Positions 18,660 to 25,910 of a stretch of DNA of 64,000 nt are shown one piece after another; the stretch's first letter is position 1, and every line of letters begins with the position of its first letter. The notes beneath the pieces are model-generated. The model was not told where the DNA came from. It ran no database searches and saw only the letters and a program-made list of their open reading frames with translations. A program made the position numbers and the translations under genes. Origin of the DNA: a virus (Duplodnaviria > Heunggongvirae > Uroviricota > Caudoviricetes); the IMG/VR virus record IMGVR_UViG_3300028805_000065, positions 10,988-74,987 of that record, one strand, 5' to 3'.

Positions 18660-19279
18660 AACAGATAATTATTGTACGTAAAGACTTGAACATGTCAAAA
18701 GGTAAGATGTCGGCACAAGTTGCCCATGCAAGTATGGCGTTTTTAACTAATGCGATTCGTAAAAATTCTAGAGAAGTATTGGATTGCGAACTTGGACGTT
18801 GTTATTACACAGATACGGACATCGAGGGCAAAACTATCGCAACATTACCGCAAGAGTATAGAAGAGCAGACCTTGATAAGTGGGCGGAAGAAGCAAGGGA
18901 ACGTGGAGAAAAGTATTTTTATTTTGAAGAATATGCGCCATACAAACTTAGATTGTGCGAAAAGAAGTCGCACGTAGAAAGTACTCTCTCATTTGACTGG
19001 GAGTTATATAATGACTGGATTTGCGGTTCATTCACAAAAGTAATTCTTGAAGCCAAAAATAAATATCAGTTAGAAAAAGTATATACAATTGCTAACGAAT
19101 TAGGATTACTTGAAGATATTGATTATTTTCCTATAAAAGATAACTGTTATACAGAACTTGAGCCAGAAGAAGTTGATGAGAACGGTGTTGGTAGAACGCT
19201 TACTTGTGTAGGTTTTATTCCTTTAAATGATGAGATAGCGAATAAGATTAGTAAAAAGTATCAATTATATAAAGATTAA
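18656..19279 (+). CDS. pth2: peptidyl-tRNA hydrolase type 2 with large insertion
   Basis: KQIIIVRKDLNMSKGKMSAQVAHAS, TKVIL, I.D...TE and TCVGFIP motifs. Confidence 0.88.
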   Translation: MKQIIIVRKDLNMSKGKMSAQVAHASMAFLTNAIRKNSREVLDCELGRCYYTDTDIEGKTIATLPQEYRRADLDKWAEEARERGEKYFYFEEYAPYKLRLCEKKSHVESTLSFDWELYNDWICGSFTKVILEAKNKYQLEKVYTIANELGLLEDIDYFPIKDNCYTELEPEEVDENGVGRTLTCVGFIPLNDEIANKISKKYQLYKD

Positions 19280-19288
19280 GGAGCAAAT

Positions 19289-19555
19289 ATGACAATTAAA
19301 AATGGTTGGTATAAGCATTTCAAAGGTGGATATTACTATGTTGTTTGCATGGCAAAACATAGTGAAACATTAGAGGATATGGTTGTTTATTATCATAAAG
19401 ACAATCCAGATGATATATGGGTGCGACCAGCATCAATGTGGGAAGAAATCGTAAATGGCAAACCACGTTTCGAATTTGTTGGAGATAATTATACGTTTAG
19501 CGATGGTAATGCTTCTTATTCTTTTGAGCCACAAGAAGTAAGGGGATATGAATAA
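19289..19555 (+). CDS. DUF1653-family protein
   Basis: YKHFKGG.Y.V...AKHSETLE.MVVY...WVRP..MW.E.V....RF. Confidence 0.88.
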   Translation: MTIKNGWYKHFKGGYYYVVCMAKHSETLEDMVVYYHKDNPDDIWVRPASMWEEIVNGKPRFEFVGDNYTFSDGNASYSFEPQEVRGYE

Positions 19556-19575
19556 TTATATTAAAGGAGAAAAAT

Positions 19576-19740
19576 ATGCAACAGTTAATTGATATTGTGC
19601 TTTCAGTTTTGCTTGTAACAATGTTTGTTTCTGGTGTACTTACGATTGCAGTTTTTTGGTATCTCGTTTTGTCGAGATTGTTTGATAGTATTTTTATAGC
19701 TAAACCAACCGATAAGGAGATAAAGGAAAAGACTAGGTGA
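19576..19740 (+). CDS. small membrane protein
   Basis: Read by hand; AAGGAG RBS; hydrophobic helix. Confidence 0.6.
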   Translation: MQQLIDIVLSVLLVTMFVSGVLTIAVFWYLVLSRLFDSIFIAKPTDKEIKEKTR

Positions 19741-19868
19741 AATTTATTACTGCAAGTTTTTTGATTTTGGATCTTCTGTGTTTGTTTTCTAAAGATACGC
19801 CGTTATCATCAAAAGTTATATATGCAATGGGTGCGTTTATCTTTGGAGCGGCGTTTATCTGTTCTTAA
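19737..19868 (+). CDS. small membrane protein
   Basis: Read by hand; GTGA overlap; hydrophobic. Confidence 0.5.
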   Translation: MKFITASFLILDLLCLFSKDTPLSSKVIYAMGAFIFGAAFICS

Positions 19869-19878
19869 AGGAGAAGAT

Positions 19879-20058
19879 ATGGTTTCAAATGTTGATTTAA
19901 TTTTGGCATCAATACTGACTGCAAATATGGTTGTGTGTGCGGTCATTGGTTTTCCAAGTTGTATAATAAATTTGGTTGCGTGTGTTTTGTCAACGCTTTG
20001 CCTGTTATATAGAAACGTAGAAATAGAATTTGACGACGATGATTTAGGGGGAATTTAA
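19879..20058 (+). CDS. small membrane protein
   Basis: AAGGAG RBS; two hydrophobic segments. Confidence 0.6.
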   Translation: MVSNVDLILASILTANMVVCAVIGFPSCIINLVACVLSTLCLLYRNVEIEFDDDDLGGI

Positions 20059-20059
20059 A

Positions 20060-20704
20060 ATGATTGATACAAAAAAGAATATTGAAGAATTTGAGGCACT
20101 TTATAATAAGTACATTCTGCCTCGTGAGTGCGGTGACAGACTGCTTGAGTTTATTCGTAAGTCTGATTTCTATACCGCACCAGCCTCGACAAGATTTCAC
20201 TTGTCCGAAGAGGGCGGACTGCTTCAGCACAGTCTTAATGTTTTTCACTGCCTTATGAACAAAGCAAGTAACACAACTTGGGCAAATATCATTACACCAG
20301 ATAAGTATAATACGGTTGCATGTGTCGCACTTCTTCATGATTTGTGCAAGACATATTTTTACGATAAGGAACTGAAAAATACAAAGACATATGACCCGGA
20401 GATTGTTGCAAAGTTTAGCGGTAACAATGTAAAACATGATGCAAAGGGCGATTATGTTTGGGCGATGTTGGAGTCTTATACATATAACAACAGATTCCCT
20501 CTTGGTCATGGCGCAAAATCCGTCTTCTTTATTCAGCAATTCATGAAACTATCTATGGAAGAAATCGCTTGTATTTATTGGCATATGGGTGCTTACTGTG
20601 GTAGTGATCAGTGGAACGAGTTGGGTGACGCATATGAAAAGTATCCGCTTGCACTTGCGCTCCACGAAGCAGATATGGAAGCCTCGCATATGTTGGAGAT
20701 TTAA
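20060..20704 (+). CDS. HD-domain phosphohydrolase
   Basis: APAS.RFH..EEGGLLQHSLNV, LLHDLCK, GHG.KS, WHMG, LHEAD. Confidence 0.9.
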   Translation: MIDTKKNIEEFEALYNKYILPRECGDRLLEFIRKSDFYTAPASTRFHLSEEGGLLQHSLNVFHCLMNKASNTTWANIITPDKYNTVACVALLHDLCKTYFYDKELKNTKTYDPEIVAKFSGNNVKHDAKGDYVWAMLESYTYNNRFPLGHGAKSVFFIQQFMKLSMEEIACIYWHMGAYCGSDQWNELGDAYEKYPLALALHEADMEASHMLEI

Positions 20705-20705
20705 C

Positions 20706-20858
20706 ATGGATTATATTGATACTGGGGTTAGCAAACAAGCCATCGGTATCCCGACCGATGAGGAGAGGGAACAGCTTATTAGAGACGGATATACCCTAAT
20801 GTCTAAAGGACGAAGCGCTTATGAACCTTATGAGGAGTATGAAATATGGTTAAAGTAA
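20706..20858 (+). CDS. small hypothetical protein
   Basis: GGAG RBS before the ATG at 20706. Confidence 0.5.
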   Translation: MDYIDTGVSKQAIGIPTDEEREQLIRDGYTLMSKGRSAYEPYEEYEIWLK

Positions 20859-20860
20859 GT

Positions 20861-21040
20861 ATGTTTAAAAAGTTAATCTCACTATTTTCCAATAAGAAAA
20901 AAATTGTTACTGATACTGTCTGTTGCGCTGGATGTAAACATTTGTTTTACTGGTGCGACGGCAGTGTCGGATGTGATATCGAACGGGAACATGATTGCAT
21001 ACCAGAGGGTTTTATCCTAAGAGAGGAAATTAACGAATGA
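20861..21040 (+). CDS. small Cys-rich hypothetical protein
   Basis: CCAGCKH...C...C. Confidence 0.55.
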   Translation: MFKKLISLFSNKKKIVTDTVCCAGCKHLFYWCDGSVGCDIEREHDCIPEGFILREEINE

Positions 21041-21279
21041 ATTTTGATGGTTATATATGTGCGGTAACAGGGCTACCATGTTGCGGTTGCTCAATGTTTT
21101 GTGCAAACCGAGTAAGAGATACAGAGGACGACAATGACGATGACAATAGAGGAAATGATAAAACAACTTGAAAAGTGTTATCTATGTGTAAAAGAACGTG
21201 AATGTATTAATTGCGTATATAACCATTACAAATTAAGTATCATAATCTATTTGCGTGAGCAACAGAAAAAGGAGACAGA

Positions 21280-21693
21280 ATGATTCATAAAAATCGTGGC
21301 AATAGACGCTGGGTCGATAAGCGTAAGAGAAGAAGTAAATACAATCTTTGTCAGAGAATTTGGGGAGATGCTATGTGGTTTCTTGATGGTATTCTTGGTA
21401 AATACGATAAAGGTAAGATCCATGACATAGACCATGCAGAAAAGACTAACGGCAAAGTTTCGCAAAAAGGCGGAAGAGATAATATGGGATATGCTGGCAC
21501 TCTTCATAGAATGGGCAACAATTATTCTTGCTCCGATAAAAGAAAAGTCGAATGTTGTAATGATAAGCTTAGAGACTATGAAGACGGTTGGGCAGAGATT
21601 GACGCAATGGTCGCCGCTGACATTGAATCTTATTATGACTGGATGAGAGAAAATAATAAAATGGAGTGGGAAAAAGCGCATGAAATATCCTAA
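21280..21693 (+). CDS. hypothetical phage protein
   Basis: AAGGAG RBS. Confidence 0.7.
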   Translation: MIHKNRGNRRWVDKRKRRSKYNLCQRIWGDAMWFLDGILGKYDKGKIHDIDHAEKTNGKVSQKGGRDNMGYAGTLHRMGNNYSCSDKRKVECCNDKLRDYEDGWAEIDAMVAADIESYYDWMRENNKMEWEKAHEIS

Positions 21694-22126
21694 TCTTGAA
21701 TTACTTGAATATATTACAGAGAATACTGCAAACGAATTATTTAAAGATGTATTAGTAATGTCAACTTATCATAAATTCAAAATGTATGTATTTCCTCAAA
21801 CTTGGAGTTCAACTGCACTTGGATTTGATGGGTGTGGTGGTTGCAGTGGACAGGCAATTACAGAAGCCTATACTACAGTTGTAGAAATGACATCATATAA
21901 ATTCGAATCTGGTAAGGATATAAGAGGAATAGTTTATAAAGAATTAGAAGACAAAATTTATGCAGTTTTCTTTGATGGGAGTATTGCATATATGTGTTTA
22001 AATCCCGATTCTGAATTTTTGAGAGATTGCAACAATATGCACATGGAGTCACAAAAAGGAGCAAAGTATTATGTTGATGAAAGTCTTAATGATGAATATG
22101 AGTACAGTAGAGTATCCATTTTATAA
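21680..22126 (+). CDS. hypothetical phage protein
   Basis: FPQTWSSTALGF motif; operon packing. Confidence 0.7.
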   Translation: MKYPNLELLEYITENTANELFKDVLVMSTYHKFKMYVFPQTWSSTALGFDGCGGCSGQAITEAYTTVVEMTSYKFESGKDIRGIVYKELEDKIYAVFFDGSIAYMCLNPDSEFLRDCNNMHMESQKGAKYYVDESLNDEYEYSRVSIL

Positions 22127-22197
22127 GTATATTTGTGGCGTTACAGGTTTAACATGTTGTGGTTGCTCTTTGTTTTGCGAACATAGGAGAGAAAAGA

Positions 22198-22389
22198 ATG
22201 AATGACGAGATGGAACAAATCCTCAAAAATCAGTTAGCGATTATGAATGTATTATACAATATGTCTTTCCAAACAGCCTCACAATATCATTGTGGAAGCG
22301 TAGATAGAACGATTGCGACTGATATCGGTAATAGGCTTATATATAATATTGAACAGACTATAAATCTACTTGGAAGAAAGAAAAAATAG
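22198..22389 (+). CDS. hypothetical protein
   Basis: AGGAG RBS before the ATG at 22198. Confidence 0.6.
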   Translation: MNDEMEQILKNQLAIMNVLYNMSFQTASQYHCGSVDRTIATDIGNRLIYNIEQTINLLGRKKK

Positions 22390-22390
22390 A

Positions 22391-22675
22391 ATGGATTGGA
22401 TATTTTGTCATTTGGTTGGGGACTATGTCCTACAACTTGATATTATAGCTAATACAAAAGGCAAAAACTGGTATCATCTATTTGTGCATTGCATGTTATA
22501 TATACTGCCATTCCGTATTGTTTATGGCACAGACTGGCGGCTAATAATATTATTCTCCACGCATATTATCATTGATGCACTTAAGGCGAGATATAAAAAG
22601 ATAACATATATAGAAGACCAGATATGGCATTATACTATAGCGTTTTGGTTGTATGAGGGAATAATAAGATTATGA
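22391..22675 (+). CDS. DUF3307-like membrane protein
   Basis: HLVGDYVLQ, LFVHCMLY, HIIID, DQIWH. Confidence 0.8.
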   Translation: MDWIFCHLVGDYVLQLDIIANTKGKNWYHLFVHCMLYILPFRIVYGTDWRLIILFSTHIIIDALKARYKKITYIEDQIWHYTIAFWLYEGIIRL

Positions 22676-22765
22676 ATTGCGACAACTGTAAACATTATAA
22701 TTGGTACTACGACTATTGTGATAAGTGGAAATGCGAAATAGACGAGAGAGAAGTTCATTCATGTT

Positions 22766-23050
22766 ATGAACAAAGGAGAGAGAATGATAAATGATAAAAA
22801 TGCTTTGCCAGTACTAACAAAAGAACAAATTGCAGAATTAGGCAAAGGACTATCGGAAGATTTTACCGAATCACTCGATAGGGCTGAAAGATTATTCAAA
22901 AAACCGCCCATTGGTTTAAAGCCAAAATTTATACATAGAAAAGAAAGGATAAACGACATACTAGACGCAATGGAGAGATACACTAAAGCTGAATGTCTTA
23001 TTCTTCCAGAGTGGGTCGATGAGTTGAGGGAACTAATAAATGACAATTAA
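22766..23050 (+). CDS. hypothetical protein
   Basis: AAGGAG RBS (true start may be 22784). Confidence 0.6.
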   Translation: MNKGERMINDKNALPVLTKEQIAELGKGLSEDFTESLDRAERLFKKPPIGLKPKFIHRKERINDILDAMERYTKAECLILPEWVDELRELINDN

Positions 23051-23387
23051 CGAAGCTGCTGAATATTATAGTACAGAAGAAATAGCAGATGTACTTGAAA
23101 AATATAGGATTAAAAACGAGACCGCTCTTGTAATAGCGCTTAAAATAGAGAGGTGGCATAGATTGACAGATTCAATTGAAAGAAACCAACGAATAGAATT
23201 GTTAAAGAAAATTAGAAATCGATATGGCTTCCCTGTATGGTTAATTAACGAAGCTTTGAAATATTACAACAATGATGAAGATAAAACTGTTGAAAGATTA
23301 AAAGAAATATATTGTGCTGCTGGAGACTATCCAGATATTTATATAAAAAGAAGTATTGAAAAATTTAAAAAGGAGATAGGTATATGA
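23040..23387 (+). CDS. hypothetical protein
   Basis: GAGGG RBS; operon packing. Confidence 0.6.
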   Translation: MTINEAAEYYSTEEIADVLEKYRIKNETALVIALKIERWHRLTDSIERNQRIELLKKIRNRYGFPVWLINEALKYYNNDEDKTVERLKEIYCAAGDYPDIYIKRSIEKFKKEIGI

Positions 23388-23665
23388 TACACGATGAAAT
23401 GCGTGAGTTACAAAAATATTTGGGCGAACCACATATCCCATTTTTTAAAAGAAATACCCCATTAAAAGAAGATGAAGAAACTTTAAAGAAAAAAGAAGAA
23501 GAATTTGTGGATGAAATAATTAAAACGCTTGAGAGATATAATATCAAAGACGAGTTTGCTTTTTTGGGTTTTATTAACACACTTGGGATGTGGGATATTA
23601 GTAGCGTAAAAACGGAGGATGGTTATGAGCAAACAAAGTTTGGATTTAATACAAGAAAAGATTAA
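23384..23665 (+). CDS. hypothetical protein
   Basis: AGGAG/AGGT RBS. Confidence 0.6.
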   Translation: MIHDEMRELQKYLGEPHIPFFKRNTPLKEDEETLKKKEEEFVDEIIKTLERYNIKDEFAFLGFINTLGMWDISSVKTEDGYEQTKFGFNTRKD

Positions 23666-23831
23666 TGAATTAGAAAACATGAGCGGTGACGTTCACAATA
23701 TGGCACAGGCTAATTGGAACGCTTGTAAAAATATAAAGCACAGACTTAATGATATACAAACATCATTATCCCAGATAGAAGATATGTTAAAAAATATAGA
23801 CGAAACATTATATAGAGAGTCATTGGATTAA
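23619..23831 (+). CDS. coiled-coil hypothetical protein
   Basis: GGAGG RBS; heptad pattern. Confidence 0.6.
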   Translation: MVMSKQSLDLIQEKINELENMSGDVHNMAQANWNACKNIKHRLNDIQTSLSQIEDMLKNIDETLYRESLD

Positions 23832-23883
23832 CCCAATATCCAATCTCTCCTTTCTTATATTACTTATTATTGAGGCAAAAATA

Positions 23884-24051
23884 GTGAAAAGAATTATTAA
23901 TAAAGTTTCAATTGTCTATCTTGATGAAAACATTCAAGATAGATTGGATTTATATTCTAATCAAGGATATAAATTAGTTTCAACTGAATACACAAATCAT
24001 AATAACTTAAGAAAAATATATTTATTCTTTGTTAAAGAGGTTGACGAGTAA
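23884..24051 (+). CDS. small hypothetical protein (DUF4177-like)
   Basis: Read by hand: ...LDLYSNQGYKLVS...YLFFVKE; GAGG RBS. Confidence 0.5.
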   Translation: MKRIINKVSIVYLDENIQDRLDLYSNQGYKLVSTEYTNHNNLRKIYLFFVKEVDE

Positions 24052-24227
24052 TCAAGGTAATCAAAGTAATCATACAAAAATCCTTTATTTAAAGGCTTTG
24101 TGGGCATGGTGTGCGAGTTCGATTCTCGTTGCCAGCTTTAAAAGTAATCATGAGAATCATTTGTTTTCCTTATGTTGTGGAGATTTTCTCGTGACCGCCG
24201 CACTAAAGGTAATCGAAAAGGTAATCA
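24048..24227. other. putative attP site: tRNA 3'-end core plus integrase arm-type repeats
   Basis: T-arm GCGAG-TTCGATT-CTCGT plus TGCCAGCT at 24113-24137. GTAATC(A) repeats at 24048, 24057, 24066, 24144, 24209 and 24221. Lies directly past the integrase stop codon. Confidence 0.75.
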
Positions 24228-24232
24228 AAGAA

Positions 24233-25441
24233 TTAGGCAGTTCTGAAATCGGCAATTCCGTCGATGATGACTGCTTTATTTTTTATGGATTTTCTGTTCC
24301 TGTGGTAGTTTTTTTCGGATACCGCAATATCAGAATGTCCCATTTGGTCTTTGACCGTTCTCTTATCTACACCATTATCAAGAAGTATCGTATCATAAGT
24401 CGCTCTTATTTTATGGGGTGACTTTTTGTATACGCCAGTCTTTTTACAAATTGAATAGATCCGTTTCCTAATCAGAAGAGTAGTAATCCTTTTACCATTT
24501 TCTTCAAACACAAATTCTTGTCCCCTTGACTTAACATATAATTCCTTTAAAAGCCAAGAGTAAGATGACGGGATCACGATTTCCCTAACTCCAGCTTGTG
24601 TTTTCGGATATTCTTTAATGGTATAGACAGTCTTATCGCCGTCCTTAAACCTCGTCTCTGTCCTACGTATTTTGACCGTATTTGAGTTTAAATTAATGTC
24701 TTGGGGTTTTATACCAACCAACTCACCAACTCGCATTCCTGAGACAAATAGCAGGGTTATGCCGTCATTTCTAATGTCACGATTACCAGTAAGATAAGAC
24801 AACATCTTCTGCGTCTCTTCCTCATCGAACACTTCCTCATAGTCTTCCTTAATCTTTTTTGTAAACACATTGTCGGATAAGTCGAGTTCAGTTAGCATTA
24901 ACTCCGGGTTGTAGGTAATTACGCCCTGTCGCTTCGCCCACTTCAACATTCCTTTTGTGATACTCTTCAGACTGGCAAAAGCCTTTGAAGAAAGATTGTG
25001 TTCGAATACTTGAGCCTCTAAGAAATCAATCCATTCATTTTCTTTTACACTTGCGATTCTTCTTTTACCAAATTCCTTGAAGTGTCTGTCGAACACTTGG
25101 CGCAATCTCGTGTGAGATGATTTGGCGATTCTGCCAATATCTCTACGATGATCGTTCCAGTCGTTAAACAAATCCTCGATTGTCGGATTCGACATAACAC
25201 TTTCTTGATATTTGATAACAATATCTTCAATGTCTTTTCTCGTACTTTTCTTTTTTAATATACGTCCTTTCTGCTCGTCGGGGAGATAGGTGTACCATTT
25301 CCCGTTGTTGCCCTCCCAAATTTTATAAGGGTGATTGTTTAAAAGTTCCTGTCTCTTTTTCATTTCTATAATTGATTGGATATTGGGTAAATCAATTATC
25401 CCATTATCAATCGCATATTGCAAATCTATATTTCTATCCAT
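24233..25441 (-). CDS. int: tyrosine integrase
   Basis: SGMRVGEL (catalytic R), PKT (K), HKIR, MGHS....NY (H, Y); N-terminal arm-binding-like region. Confidence 0.95.
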   Translation of the reverse strand: MDRNIDLQYAIDNGIIDLPNIQSIIEMKKRQELLNNHPYKIWEGNNGKWYTYLPDEQKGRILKKKSTRKDIEDIVIKYQESVMSNPTIEDLFNDWNDHRRDIGRIAKSSHTRLRQVFDRHFKEFGKRRIASVKENEWIDFLEAQVFEHNLSSKAFASLKSITKGMLKWAKRQGVITYNPELMLTELDLSDNVFTKKIKEDYEEVFDEEETQKMLSYLTGNRDIRNDGITLLFVSGMRVGELVGIKPQDINLNSNTVKIRRTETRFKDGDKTVYTIKEYPKTQAGVREIVIPSSYSWLLKELYVKSRGQEFVFEENGKRITTLLIRKRIYSICKKTGVYKKSPHKIRATYDTILLDNGVDKRTVKDQMGHSDIAVSEKNYHRNRKSIKNKAVIIDGIADFRTA

Positions 25442-25460
25442 TCGTTTATCCTTTTAATCA

Positions 25461-25493
25461 AAAAAAATGGGAGAGGCTTTCGCCTACTCCCAT
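25461..25493 (-). terminator. intrinsic terminator
   Basis: Minus strand TGGGAGTAGGC-GAAA-GCCTCTCCCA followed by a T-run. Confidence 0.8.
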
Positions 25494-25526
25494 AACTTAC
25501 ATTTCCTATATTTAATTTTTATTTAA

Positions 25527-25823
25527 TCAACCCTCTGTAGGAGTTACTTCCTCTTCAGGCTCTACTTCAGGTTCTACTTCAGGTTCAGGTTGAACAATCT
25601 CATGTCTATAGCATTGATTCATAACTGCTCTACCATCAGCGGTAAGCAAGGTTGCGCTATGTTGAGGAAGTTCACTGACCGCCGCAGAAGCAAGAACCTC
25701 GTGATACTTAGCCTCGGCTTTCAGTCTGGCTTTTGTAGGATTTTCATCATAGGCGAAATGAACAATATGTCCAAATTCTCCGTTTGTATACTGCTGAATT
25801 TCAATAATATAAAATTGATTCAT
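25527..25823 (-). CDS. hypothetical protein with acidic EPEV-repeat tail
   Basis: AAGGAG RBS; PEPEVEPEVEPEEE tail. Confidence 0.75.
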   Translation of the reverse strand: MNQFYIIEIQQYTNGEFGHIVHFAYDENPTKARLKAEAKYHEVLASAAVSELPQHSATLLTADGRAVMNQCYRHEIVQPEPEVEPEVEPEEEVTPTEG

Positions 25824-25910
25824 AATATTTCTCCTTTAACATTATTATATAAAAAATCTGTTAGAAGATTTGATTTTGTGTGTCCTTGTTTTGGTAAAAA
25901 TTTGGTGATT

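Noticed and set aside
24048-24074. CRISPR array or mini-array
   Set aside because: The repeats have a 7-bp core with 9-bp period and no spacers; they fit integrase arm sites. No CRISPR-like array was seen anywhere in the window.
24095-24140. Full-length tRNA gene
   Set aside because: Only a T-arm and acceptor 3' strand are present; there is no D-arm or anticodon arm.
24029-24421. 130-aa + strand ORF over attP and the integrase 3' end
   Set aside because: No RBS; it runs across the att repeats and antisense to int, so it is probably a shadow ORF.
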